A DNA stretch of 64,000 bases from the NCBI GenBank assembly GCA_017654855.1, contig CM030337.1:2604001-2668000 (forward strand). Reading direction: 5' to 3'. Under the pieces are notes generated by a model. It was given only the letters and a program-made list of their open reading frames with translations, was not told where the DNA came from and did not search any database. This stretch comes from Podospora anserina. Its lineage: Eukaryota. Shown piece after piece: positions 37,390 to 49,209 of this stretch (position 1 is its first letter; the number at the start of each line of letters is the position of its first letter). Made by a program: the position numbers and the translations under genes.

Positions 37390-38913
37390 ATGCACTCCCT
37401 CCGCGAAGGCATCCTAGACGGCACGGGAAACGACTCCTCCTCCGCCGTCAAGTCAACCGCCCCTTCCTTCTCCCTCAAAGCCATCCTCCGCGGCCTCCGG
37501 CACATCCTCTGGCCAAAAGCCGCCTCGGCAGACAGCTCTTCACGACAGCTCCGACCAACAGCCTACCTCGACGGTCTGCGCGGGTTCGCCGCCTTTCTGG
37601 TGTACATCCACCACCACCAGCTCTGGGCTCACGGCGCGAAGAGCCTGAAGTCTGCAGTCTACTTTGAGAACGCCTACGGCTTCGACGGGGAGTTTCGGCT
37701 GTCGACATTTTATGGCATTAGGAACTTTTTTTCCGGGGGGCACATGGCTGTGGCCGTGTTTTATGTCATCTCGGGTTATGTCCTTTCCGTCAAGCCGCTG
37801 GCGTTGATGCAGAGCGGGGAGCATCTCAAGCTGGCGGATAATTTGGCATCGGCGTTTTTCCGGAGGTGGTTTAGGTTGTATCTGCCTATTATTGCCACTA
37901 CGCTTGTTTACATCACCTCGTGGCATCTTTTTGGGTACTGGAACTTTGCCTGCCCTCCCAAGGAGACGTTCGGGGACGAGCTGTGGAATTGGTATGTCGA
38001 GTTCAAAAACTTTTCGTTCTTGTTCAAAGAAGGGGGTTGGATCTGGGTCAAGGCGAACACGCATACCTGGTCGATACCGCTTGAGATGAGGGGCAGCGTG
38101 ATCACTTACATGGCTTGCATGGCGCTCTCCCGGGCGACGACTAAGGCGAGACTGGTGTGTTTGGTTGTGTTGGTGGGGTATTACCTTTATGTGGTGGATG
38201 GGTATTACGGGGCGTTGTTTGTCGCGGGGATGTTGCAGGCGGATTTGGACTTGTTGGCGAGGAGGGAGGGGGGGTATTTTCCTGGTTGGCTGAGGAGGTT
38301 GGAGAGGCACAAGACGTTTATTTACTATCATCTTTTTGTGGTGAGCATGTACCTTGCCGGGGTGCCGTCGGCGACGAACAAGGTGGAGGATTTGAGGGCG
38401 AATCCGGGGTGGTATTGGTTGAGTTATCTCAAGCCGCAGGCGGTGTTCGATCCGAAGTGGTTTTATCTGTTTTGGGCGGCGAATATGCTGGTGGCGGCGG
38501 TGCCGAGGATGGGGTGGTTGAGGAGGTGGTTTGAGGGGAGGTTTTGCCAGTTTTTGGGGAGGATTTCGTTTGCGTTTTATTTGGTGCATGGGCCGATTTT
38601 GGCGACGGTGGGGGATCGGCTGTATCATGTTGTTGGATGGGGGAGGCCGGTCGAGGCTGGGGAGGTGGACATGCTGGCGGCGTGGAGGGATTTGTTGCCG
38701 TTGCCCAAGGTTGGGCCGATCGGGTTGGAGTTTTCGTTTTTGGTGCCGCATTTGATCTTGTTGCCGTTGACGTTTTGGGTGGCGGATATTGTGACGAGGA
38801 TGGTGGACGAGCCTTCGGTCAAGTTTGCGGCTTGGCTTTATAAAAGGGTTCAGGGAGGAGGGAAACCAAAGATGAAGCCAGAGAGTAACGAGATGATGCT
38901 GAGACTGGCTTGA
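37390..38913 (+). CDS. Membrane-bound acyltransferase family 3 (OafA/Acyl_transf_3-like) protein
   Basis: TAYLDGLRGFAAFLVY, FYVISGYVLS, FRRWFRLYLP, HTWSIPLEMRGS and FLGRISFAFYLVHG motifs, with multiple transmembrane segments. Confidence 0.92.
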   Translation: MHSLREGILDGTGNDSSSAVKSTAPSFSLKAILRGLRHILWPKAASADSSSRQLRPTAYLDGLRGFAAFLVYIHHHQLWAHGAKSLKSAVYFENAYGFDGEFRLSTFYGIRNFFSGGHMAVAVFYVISGYVLSVKPLALMQSGEHLKLADNLASAFFRRWFRLYLPIIATTLVYITSWHLFGYWNFACPPKETFGDELWNWYVEFKNFSFLFKEGGWIWVKANTHTWSIPLEMRGSVITYMACMALSRATTKARLVCLVVLVGYYLYVVDGYYGALFVAGMLQADLDLLARREGGYFPGWLRRLERHKTFIYYHLFVVSMYLAGVPSATNKVEDLRANPGWYWLSYLKPQAVFDPKWFYLFWAANMLVAAVPRMGWLRRWFEGRFCQFLGRISFAFYLVHGPILATVGDRLYHVVGWGRPVEAGEVDMLAAWRDLLPLPKVGPIGLEFSFLVPHLILLPLTFWVADIVTRMVDEPSVKFAAWLYKRVQGGGKPKMKPESNEMMLRLA

Positions 38914-41319
38914 GGCTAGTCGAGGTCATTGGTCAGGGAGGACGAAATTGGTTTATGTGTAATGCATTGTATGTCATGTTATGGCGTGGCTTCTTTTATC
39001 TTAATGATCATATTGGGAAAGGTACATGTACATTTAAGCACATCCATGGCTGGCAAAGTATGGGTTTATGCAGCCTGGATCATCTTGGTCATCCTCGTGT
39101 TTCTTGGTTTCAATCGGGTACGCTAGAAAGTGGCCACAATAAGGGATATTCTGCACCTACAATTACAATCCGAGTGGTGAAGTTAAGCCGGACACCTTAG
39201 TGGCATTGTGGACACAACTCTTGACCGTCTACATTTGTGAGGCTGAAGTCTAAATAAACTTCCAACGGGACTGGAATGACAGACGGATGAACAGACCGGT
39301 GGAAGCCGTGCGACAAACGGCTGCCAACATCCATTATCGCGGGCCGCACCCGACGGACGGTATCCCGTGTGTTGACATTGTTCAGGGGTTGATGCCACGA
39401 CAACCAACCACAACACAGGAACAAAGAACATCTCGATGCGGTTTAGCCACTTTGATCCTTCGTTGATAATCCCACACCTTCACGCTGAACATCATCATCA
39501 CTTCATGCCATCTCGCAAACGACTTCCTTCCCCTGATTTTTCACAAAAGCTCACTGACATCTTACCTATGTACGTTTCAAACACACCAAAACGCATGATT
39601 TTGACTGATGGTGGGTGTGGTGGTGTTTGAAGATCAACAGGGGCAATTCTCTCTCCAGCAACGTGGGTTCTATCCCCAACTTCACACATTGCCTGCAATC
39701 ACTGTGCTGCAGACTCCGGAAATTGGACAAGGCCGATCACTGTTTCTGCCCAGCAGAGAAAATGTTACTTTCTCCAGGTTTTTTTTGGTTTTGGCAAGGG
39801 GCGGATCGGGGTTGTCGCCGTCGCCGTCGACATGCCCAAAAGCAATGGATACCGAGGTTTGGCGTCAGAAGCTTGTGATGCGGGGGCTTTGACTGGCGTT
39901 AGGCTGTAGAGGGTTAGTTCCTCCGAGTTAGAGGTGTCTTCCCCCGCGCTGCCCCAACGGATTTTTTGACAGTCGCGCAACGTGTGAGTTTGGGGAGGGT
40001 ACTGTGGTGTACCTGCATGCGGGAGATTGGTTAATGTTGTTGCTGATTCGGTGCATTTTGCGAGGTTTGAGAAAGAATCGATGGCGATGAGAGAAGAGGA
40101 GGTGAGAGGTGGTGAGATTGTGACAAGTGAAAACTGAGAAAGTGGGATGATGGGTGAGATGTGGATGCAAAGATTCGATAGTAGATTGATTAGATTAGAT
40201 AGCGGTAGCTGATTGGTCCCGGGACACTTTTATGGCTTGTGTGCCTTCGGCGGATGGAACGCGTGCTTTCGGGCTTCACCTTCAGCTTTGCTGGCTTTTG
40301 CAAGCTGGACTAGAGCAGAAGCGGTGTGAGTTGGCTGAGTTGGCTGATCGTTGGGTGATTCCGACTGCCAAACTGGACAGTGGGACTTGCGATTGTCACA
40401 GTGGGCTTGCTGGAAGCAGGGATTGCTTTCACGAACTGTTGTCTCCTTCAACAAGGCATCGGATCAGGCCCTAGTCTTCCCCGCGTTTTCCACATTCCCG
40501 TCACCCTTTTGTCCTTACTTTTGGTGGTGGTGTCCCTTTCCGCAGCTGTCGAGACCTTTTGCTTGACAAAAATGCTTGTTTTCACGATTGCCAAGAGCAA
40601 CCTACCGAGGAGGTGCGAAAGGCGGGAGAAACATGTGAATTCTGCACGTTTCGCTGCAGGAAGAGGATTCCGTTCCCAGCCAGGATGGAACGGACGGGTC
40701 GGGTTTTGGGCGTGATTGATGCAGCCACACCACCATTGTGATTGTTACCGAGTTTTTCTCACACTGTGATGAGAGCGCTCTGGAATGAATGACATTGTGC
40801 TGACTGCCTCCACAGTGCCTCAAAGATCATCAGCGGCGGCCGTTTGCAAAATCTCCTTGGGTCAATGGTGAATGTCTCAGACGTTGTGGTTCAACGGTTA
40901 CTTGGCGCTCGCTAAAAATAAAGCTCTGAGGAATGAAGAACGCAGATCCCGTGACATTGGGAACACAAAGAAGATTCAAAATGTTATTGTTGCCTTAGTT
41001 CACTTGCTGACAGAAGTCATTCCAACTGCACTGCCCGTTTTATAAGCCCCAAACCTCCAGGGTCTGGGAACGATCGACTGGATTGTTACCTGATTTGTTG
41101 GAAGTGTTGCGTGGTTTCGCAGATCTGTTGGCTAGGCTTTTGGTGTATACCTATCCAGCCTTTATTATTATTAGCGTGTGACTTACTAACCCGATAGGAA
41201 GAAAACAACAGACATTTAATATATTTTTTCTTCAAAGTTACAGTACTTCCAAACAAGCTATTTTCCCACACATTTGTAAGCACCTATACCATTATCAATA
41301 TCGAATCAATACCCCCTTA

Positions 41320-41592
41320 TGTGATGAACCCCTGTACAGAACCTCTGAAAGGGATACTGGTTGAAGGCTACTTCTGACAATTGGTTCGGTGCAGCTAAAC
41401 AGTGCACAACAAGATGTCTCAATGTAAACACAAGATACAGTGAATACAAGCTGTGATTGCATACTGCGGAACTGTTTATCTATACCAGCCAGTTCCTCCG
41501 TATATGTTGAAATGGCGAGAAAACACACAAAACAACCACAACACCACAAATATACCCTCAACAGGTCTCAGAATGAACACACCTGCGTGACA
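41320..41592 (-). mobile_element. Solo LTR copy; its 3' ~180 bp are shared with the LTR at 49235-49628
   Basis: The reverse complement of 41320-~41500 aligns closely with ~49450-49628 (GGAGGAACTGGCTGG...GTACAGGGGTTCRTCACA). Putative 5' end TGTCAC at 41592. No matching TSD was found. Confidence 0.75.
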
Positions 41593-42042
41593 GTGGCTCG
41601 CTCGCAGGCCGCACTTCACGTAGGACAAAGAAAAGACACTATGGGCTCGCAGGCCACATAATAAGCACCGGATTGGCCTGATCAGAGGGCCAGAATTGCC
41701 TACACGCGTGCAAGGCGCAAAATACGAAGAAAAATAAAGTCGATGTCTTGTCTAAAATAGAATGTCCGAAGCAGACCGCTTATATACATGGCCCCCCTGA
41801 ACCCCTGAGTCCTCTGAGAGCCCCGCTTCCTTACTCATACTCTCAAACCTGTGGCCGTACCCCAAACCACTACTAGCGACCGTTGTAGCTGAAGGTATCA
41901 CTTACTATTTTAGTATAGTGTGAATTAATAAAGTACTATACAGGACTTAACCACTATGGCCTTGCAGGCCCAGAATACAACCACCAGGGAGCAACTAGAA
42001 TGGTAGCCCCACATATCCCCAGGCACAGTATATACTGTGACA
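41593..42042 (-). mobile_element. LTR-like repeat beginning TGTCACAGTATATACTGTG (second family), RIP-affected
   Basis: The reverse complement of ~41905-42042 matches 49210-49234 plus 49634-~49740, differing mainly by transitions. The inner boundary is uncertain. Confidence 0.65.
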
Positions 42043-42465
42043 GCCTCCACCACGAAGCCGTTATGTCTTGATGTGATAGGTCAATGTGGTTGAAGTTCAA
42101 CACTTGGCTTAAAAACAAGGCTGAGTGGTAGAAGGCCAAGAGGCTGACGTAGCGGTGAAGGAATGGCGAAGCAATGTTACCAGGTTGATTACAGCTACCA
42201 AGGCTCTGATCATTGCAAGACCGCTCGGTGAAGAAAACAGTCCCTCCGATCACGAAGGTAAGTGGTTTGAGCTCTTCGGAGAGTCGGGAAACTCTTAACT
42301 GATCTAGGAATTTCGGGACGCTGTCCGGTGGCACACTCAAATTTTCTTGTCTTTGATTTTGACGTAGAAAGCGATTTAGGGGAAACAGGCTGTTGACGCT
42401 GAAAATCTTTACTTTCTATTCATGTACTTTATCCAACCCGCTCGCTATGCAAAAAAAAAGTAAAT

Positions 42466-43617
42466 CTAAATCCAAGCCTTGATCCCCTGGCCGTAAACGT
42501 TCTCAAACTCCTTGCTAAATGGCTGATCAATGTACCCCTTGGGGCTCTTGGGAATGTAGAATGACGACCTGTCATACTGGTTCAGATCGATACCCTCCCG
42601 GATTCTGAAAACGATGTCTGGCGTGGAGATGAAGTACCGGCCAAACACCGTCACCACATTATCCCTCTCCTTCAACTCCTCGTCAACCAGCTTCCTGGCA
42701 GTCTCTGGTGTCAACCCGCCAGCAATGAGAACTGGCCCCTTCCAGATATCCAACGCGAAGTCTAATCTCTCCTCATCATTGTCGTTCGCCTCATCTCTGT
42801 TGCCGGCAATTCTTGTCTCCACCAAGTGCAGGTAACTCATGTTGGGGTGTCTCTCGCTGATCTTTCTGATGACATCGGAGAATTGGGGAACCGGGTTCTT
42901 CATCTTCATGCCCTGGAAGACGCTCCAAGGGCTGAGTCTGATGCCGACCTTCTCCTCTCCAACGGCGGCAGTAACGGCGTCAACAACCTCGACGGCAAAG
43001 CGGGAGCGGTTCTCGATGCTACCACCATACTCGTCGGTACGCTGATTGGAGTTATCTTGGATGAACTGATCAACGAGGTACCCGTTGGCACCGTGGATCT
43101 CAACGCCGTCAAAACCGGCCTCAATAGCGTTCTTGGCGGCTTGGGCGTATTCGGCGATCTTCTGCTTGATATCGTCAATTGTCATCTCTTCTGGGGTAAC
43201 AACACCGTCGGTATCTGGGATGGCAATGGCTGAGGGTGCTTTGACGGTGAAGCCCTCCGCCTTGGCGACGTCACCGAGGGCGGCACGGCCAAGTGCCCAG
43301 AGTTGGAGGTAGACAAAGCTGCCTTGGGCATGGACGCCGTCTGTGATCTCTTTCCAAGCAGCGATTTGCTCCTTCGACCAAATACCCGGGACGTTGTTCA
43401 TGCCACCAGCGGTGGGGGAGATGAAGGTGCCTTCTGTTACCAAAAGAGTCCCACCGGGGGCGGAGGCGCGCTGTGAGTAGTATTCCTTCATGAGAGGAAC
43501 AATTGGAACGTGCTCGTCACTGGATCGGAAGCGAGTGAGTGGCGCCATGGCGATGCGGTGTTTGAGGGTGATGGAGGGGGTGAGCTTGAGCGGCTGGAAA
43601 AGTTTTGAGTCCGACAT
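42466..43617 (-). CDS. Old yellow enzyme family NADH:flavin oxidoreductase
   Basis: HRIAMAPLTRFR, YYSQRA, LQLWALGR, AGFDGVEIHGANGYLVDQF (HxxN-x-Y catalytic motif), RTDEYGGSIENRSRF and FGRYFISTPD. Single exon, 383 aa. Confidence 0.97.
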   Translation of the reverse strand: MSDSKLFQPLKLTPSITLKHRIAMAPLTRFRSSDEHVPIVPLMKEYYSQRASAPGGTLLVTEGTFISPTAGGMNNVPGIWSKEQIAAWKEITDGVHAQGSFVYLQLWALGRAALGDVAKAEGFTVKAPSAIAIPDTDGVVTPEEMTIDDIKQKIAEYAQAAKNAIEAGFDGVEIHGANGYLVDQFIQDNSNQRTDEYGGSIENRSRFAVEVVDAVTAAVGEEKVGIRLSPWSVFQGMKMKNPVPQFSDVIRKISERHPNMSYLHLVETRIAGNRDEANDNDEERLDFALDIWKGPVLIAGGLTPETARKLVDEELKERDNVVTVFGRYFISTPDIVFRIREGIDLNQYDRSSFYIPKSPKGYIDQPFSKEFENVYGQGIKAWI

Positions 43618-44332
43618 GTTGAGCGTTTGGTTTATTTCTTGTTGTAGTAGTTGGGTGAGGGTGAAGTGTGATTAGAGATGCTTCAGGGTATCTTGTCGTG
43701 ATCTATATGCTGTTGTAGGTAAAATGATTTTTTTTTTGTTGTTGAAGGCGAAAGCATGGTTTTATAGTAGTTGAAACAGGCTTATAAATCACCACGTCGC
43801 AGGCGTGGAGAAGGTTGTTGACTTCCAAGACTTTTTTGCAGCTTCGAAACAGTTCCAGGTGTGGAGTAATGATGGCCCTGACATGCCTGCACTACCGGAA
43901 TTCCAATGTTTTTCCTGATGGCCAAAGATGCTGACCTCTCATGGTCATCGAGAACCTGCGAATCAGATTTTGCTGCTTCAATGGCGTCATGCTCCACACC
44001 GGGTATTCCGATAGATCGGTAGCATCGGTGCAACGCCACATCAAAATCTCACAGCTCTAATTCGCACAAGCATTTGTAACCGTCTTGGTTTCTAATCCGG
44101 GATTACTAAGTTGACCAGCAGCCGAACCGAGATATGTCCGGTGTAAGCCTGATTACTGAGACCCGACCTGACTCCGACGTAAGGTTTTCCCTCTGTCTAA
44201 CATGGACCATTCATCGTGGATAGGTATAACGGGGAAGCTTTGACATAAAGCCGTCAACGAAAATGTAACCATCAATTACAGTGGCCCACTCAACTACTCT
44301 ATCTTCCAGCTCACAATGCATCAATCACCCAA

Positions 44333-44425
44333 GCCCGATTAGCTCAGTTGGTTAGAGCGTCGTACTAATACTGGAAACAGCATATAGTAATGCGAAGGTC
44401 AACAGTTCAATCCTGTTATTGGGCA
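44333..44425 (+). tRNA. tRNA-Ile(AAT) with an intron
   Basis: Acceptor stem GCCCGAT/ATTGGGC, D-arm AGCTCAGTTGGTTAGAGC, anticodon stem TCGTA/TGCGA with loop CT-AAT-A interrupted by a ~19-nt intron, T-arm AACAG-TTCAATC-CTGTT, and a downstream T-run. Confidence 0.9.
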
Positions 44426-44501
44426 TCTTCTTTTGCTTTTTCCTCCCGATATATCATCTTTGTGCTTCCACCCTCTCAATGGTGCAAGGCTTTTTTGCTA
44501 C

Positions 44502-46060
44502 TTAAGCTCTATCTCTTCCAGTTTCATTACTTCTCAGTTTAACATCCTGTCTCCAATTTGCTCCGCAATACATCACCATCCACAACAGCGGACTAAACCC
44601 CAACCATGCCCCGGCGATGCTCGCTGACGCCCACCCCATTCCAGCTCGCTCTATAATAGGCATCGCGACTGCACTAGCCCCAGCAGCGACCACGCACCGT
44701 ACTAATTTACTCGCTGCAACCGCCGTGGCTGGGCTGTCGGGATGGGTGTTGATGACAAGAACATTGAGCCCATTGATCGCTCCAGCAAAGAACACTCCCA
44801 AGAAGAAGAGAGCAATCTCGATCCCAACCAACGACGACTTCGTTTTCACGGTCCACCCGTACGCCACAACAGTCCCAAAAAGAACATATAACGCACCCAA
44901 CGCAACTTCCAGTCGTATCTTATCGATAGGAACCTCCTCTAACCGCTGCTGCCTGTCTAGATCGAACTTCAAACCCAAATTCCGTGCCCATCGTCCAAAG
45001 TTCCAGTCGAGAAGCCATCCTACTGTCCATCGTGATGCGATCATTCCGGTTTCCAGCGGCAGGTAGCACACACCCACGATTATGGGACGGAAACTGAACC
45101 GTTCAGAAAGTTGAGAACCGAGCGTGATCAACACCATGAAATACCCGCCCGAGAACAGCACCCCAGCCATTACTGTCACAAACGCTTCCTTCTCTCCCAG
45201 TATTCTCACTGAGGTGTGTATGCTGACCTTTTTCTCTGCTGCCTCCTCCATGGTATGTCTGCCTTCTCCCTCCTCTGTCATCTCGTGCCTCTTGATGTGC
45301 TTCAGTAGATCCCATCCCGTCCTACTCCACCGTCTCTCGGGTCTCACTGACCCATCGCCTACCACGTTTCTTCCTGTCTCCGGCAACAGCAGCCACGTTA
45401 GAGCAAGAACGTTAGAGCAAGAATGACCCCCGACAACCCAAGCAGAAACCAGTATGTCCCCCTTCAGCCGTGATACTCCGTCATTATCCCTCCCAGCACC
45501 GGTGCAAGAGCAGGACTGAGAGTCAACCACAGCGCAGCATAGCCGATGTATTTTCCCCTTTCGGCTCTGGTGATCATGTCCGCTACGACTGCACTCCCCA
45601 GGGAGATTGTGACTCCAGCTCCAGCAGCTTGGACACATAATAGCGATATCGAGGCCGGAAAGGAGGATTGCAGCGCAAGCCCTATGTTAGACAGTGCGCA
45701 CAACGCCAAAGAGAAAAGATACACCGGTCGTTGGCCGTAGGAATCAGAAAACGGAGCGATAAGGGACGGTGTCAGCCCTGAGACAAGGGTGTAGACTGTT
45801 ATTGTCAGGTTTGTTAACGACAGGGACATGTGTAGGTCCACAGAGATGGCGGAGAGGGCAGGGAGGTTCATATGCCCTGATAGCGGGGAGATGATGGCGA
45901 GGAAGGTGACTGAGAGGGTGATGAGGATTTTTAAGGGGTGATGAAGGTTGAGTAAGGGGGTTCTGGGTCGGCGTGGGTTGTTGATTCAGAGGGTGATATG
46001 GAGGGATTTGAGGCTCTGTTTGTGGTGCCTGTTGTGTCACCCTTGGGATGTATGGCATTG
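44502..46060 (-). pseudogene. MFS drug:H+ antiporter (DHA1-like) pseudogene
   Basis: MFS motifs (PYSTF; SDSYGQRPVY; VVADMITRAERGKYIG; LLPET; ARL-like KIRLE; PDSPATAVAA) are spread over three frames. Lesions: a frameshift near 45930, TGA for expected TGG at 45464-45466, and a 14-bp tandem duplication at 45396-45423. Confidence 0.85.
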
Positions 46061-46580
46061 TTGACCTTGGCCATGATGAGTGTTTCGATGAAGATGGCAA
46101 AGAACTGGAATAAGGACTACAATCAGAATTACAACGTGAAGTTGCAGTTGTTGTTCTGACATCCTAGTAAGAAAGGCACAGCCAAGGTATTACACCGGTC
46201 AGCACGAGGATTCTCATTGTCAGAACTCAACAGACCTTCGATGTAACATCATCATGTTGCTCTGTGGAATACCAGGCTAGTGCAAGGGAGTGCGCACTTG
46301 GTGTCTCTCATGCTACTGCAGTACCTGCCTAAAAGACAGACGTTGCCTTTTCCGGCCGAGCTGGACGTGGACTGGTTCCTTTGAGCTCGAGTTGAAATAT
46401 ATATCTTGCTGGCATCAGACAGATGGATGAACTCGTAAAAAAAAAAAGTCAAGCTAACCCAACAGAATATCCAGATTCACACCTCAAAAGATGACCAGCA
46501 TAAACCTACACCTAAAGATAGCTTACAGACCTCTGAAGATATTCAAAAGGTGTCTAAAGATAGGTAGCCAAGAACCGCAA

Positions 46581-48430
46581 TTACCATCGACGCGTAAACC
46601 GCACCCTCATCTCCCGATCAGGCGGCACAGAAGCCGCACCAGCATACTTGACATCGTTTTGCGCCGGTCTGTCAGAGGGAGTCCCGTCTTTATTAACCCA
46701 TTCGACCAATTCGAGATCAAATCTCGCCACAATGATGGCTGTTGTCAGCATGATCTCTTGCTTGGCAAAGTGTCGTCCGGGACAGATCGAGATACCGCCG
46801 CCTAGGTGTCTGGTGTAAGCATCACCAGGTAAATGCAGGGTTAAGTAAACGTACCATACGGAAACCAATCATTCTGCCTTCCCGCCATGGAGAACTGCGG
46901 CACTTTCTTCACGTTGCCATTTTCGTCTGTCTCGTCGACGTACTTGAGGTGTCGTGCTGCCCAAAACTCCGTCGCGGGATGGTCCTCGTCGCCCCAAACC
47001 TCCTCGTCAAGATGGGAAATTTCGGTGCAGGCTTGGATGAGCGATCCCTTGTCAAGGGTAAAATCCCCTAGCTTGACCGGGGCTATCGCCTCGCGGGTGA
47101 CGTTCATGGAGACGTGGAGGCGTATGCACTCTACATAGATGGACTGTAAAAGGGGCAACGCCAGCAGTTTCTGCATATTGATTGTGCGTGCTCCTGTATC
47201 GGGGTCGGTTTCCAGCACGGTGTTGACCTCCTCCCGGACAGCCTCGAGCAGTGACTTGTCTTCGATGACCTCCATCAGACACCAAACCGTGACGGGGATA
47301 CTGTTGGCGTTTGTTCCGAAGAGCATCGTTAACATGGTCGAGGCACCCATCGCCTCGGTGCTGAACCCGCCTTGCTTCATCCACCGCATCATTTCCCGTT
47401 GGAAGGTCGAGCCCATGATTGGCTCCCAGTTGCCGTGGTCAGCCTCTAGATCGAAGCCCTTTGCGAGTTCTTCCTCGATGTACTGTTTGCAGGCGTGGCG
47501 AAGACTGTCCCGAGTTTCAAGAGCGGAGCGGTTCATCCACCGCGGAAGACCCCAGACAAGGCTGGCGGCGACTTTGTCAAAGTCCCAGAACCAGTCGATT
47601 AGTTTTGGCCAGCGGGCGAGGATGCCTTTGCCGGCTAGGGTTGCTGTTGCTGCGGTTGCCATGTGGACATTCAACAGTTGTTGGACGTTCTCGACAACGC
47701 CTTCTCCGAGCTAGAGTCATGATGGCAACAATGGTCAGTGCAGGTTGGTTGTTTTGGAAGGAGATCCAAGGTCAATACGCACCGGAAACTTCCCTTCCAA
47801 CTCTTCCGCAAAGAAGCGCTGGTATATGGCTGCGAGCATATTCGACTTGGCCGTTGCAGTGAGGTGATCATGGAAAATGGCATGCAGCCCCGCAAAGTAC
47901 CTCTGCTCAGGAGGAACGTTTTCATAGCCCGGCAACGGCACCTTCCCTCGCCCAGAGTTGTCGTTGAGAAACTTTTCGCGGTCGGCAAGGGAAGCACCCC
48001 ACATGTTCTCATAGATCAGGCGGAAGAATTTATCTGACGAAATGGCGGGATTGGGTCGGAAGAGGGCTTGGATGTGGCGCGGGGAGGTGACGAGGTAGAC
48101 TTTCATCCAGGGTGTGAGGTTCCAGGCGAGGATATTTTTGGAAGTTTTTCGGAGCTGAACTCTGAAAAATGGGGGGGTTAGTGTGAAGCTGAAAAGAGTA
48201 GAAGGGGGAGGGACCTACTTGGAGCGCTCGTAGAATGTCTTCATGTCTGTCATGTAGTGGTATGTGTTTGTGACATAGGGGATGGTGGAAGGGAGTTTGG
48301 GAACCGCGGTTTTGTCGCCAGATGAGCGGAGGAGTGAGATGGTAGGGAGGAGCATCATGGCGATGGCTATGAAAGTTGCCGTGTAAGGCCGCTCAGTGAG
48401 CCATTCACTCACGGGGGAAGGAGACGCCAT
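46581..48430 (-). CDS. Cytochrome P450 (CYP7/CYP8-like fungal type), 4 exons
   Basis: N-terminal membrane anchor, I-helix FGTNANSIP, ECIR (ExxR), and heme motif FPYGGGISICPGRHFA restored by splicing. Introns lie near 48165-48217, 47711-47781 and 46802-46852. Confidence 0.92.
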
Positions 48431-49209
48431 GCTGCTGAAGTTGGTGATGGTGTTGCTCGGAGAAAGAATGGCAAGGAGGGTGGATGAAGAGATGGAGTGA
48501 AATCACACTGGACTAAGGTACGTGGGTGATGAATGAGGGCTCGCGAGACCATCACTTTATTGGTGCTTGCAGTGACACATGAGTAAGCTAAGGTATGACC
48601 CTAAGGTACCTTAGGTGTGATTCTCCACCGTGGGAACTTTGGAATGCCGGCCGCTATCAACCAACGTCAAAATTCAAGTTTTCAACCCTGGAAAGTTCTT
48701 GTTCATGACAAAGCGTAAGCAGCGCCGATGGCACTATGCAGGCAGTGCATCAATACCAAGCCAGTGATGGGTGACCCCGCTCTCATGTTTCATCCTCTAG
48801 TGGACATGGCTTGGGTTCTGCACCAACAGAACCGCATGGCGGCAGCCGGTCCGAACATGAAGTTCATGACCTGGATGCACATAATCTCTGTCTGGGTTCC
48901 ATCACACCAGGTAAGTTAAGTAACAATGCTGATACCCACCTAGCTTATTCACTATCCTCTACCGCCTCATTACTACGGTCTACCTATCCATAACTAGAAC
49001 CCGACAATCTTTCTCAGGGTGTATATCAAATAGCAATCTGTCTTCTCTTATTCAGCACGTATCTACCAGCATGGTTCCCACGGGATTCAATCTGGCCTCG
49101 CTCTTACAGACCAATCCACGAAAGCCAAGATCCACTCTTTCTTTGCAACCTTGCTTCTTCCATCAACCTTAGTAGCTCTGTTTTCTTGTCCTGTCCAAAC
49201 ACCTCCCCG

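Noticed and set aside
37540-38751. 403-aa antisense ORF over the acyltransferase
   Set aside because: P/H/Q/R-rich shadow of the G/T-biased sense codons, with no domain.
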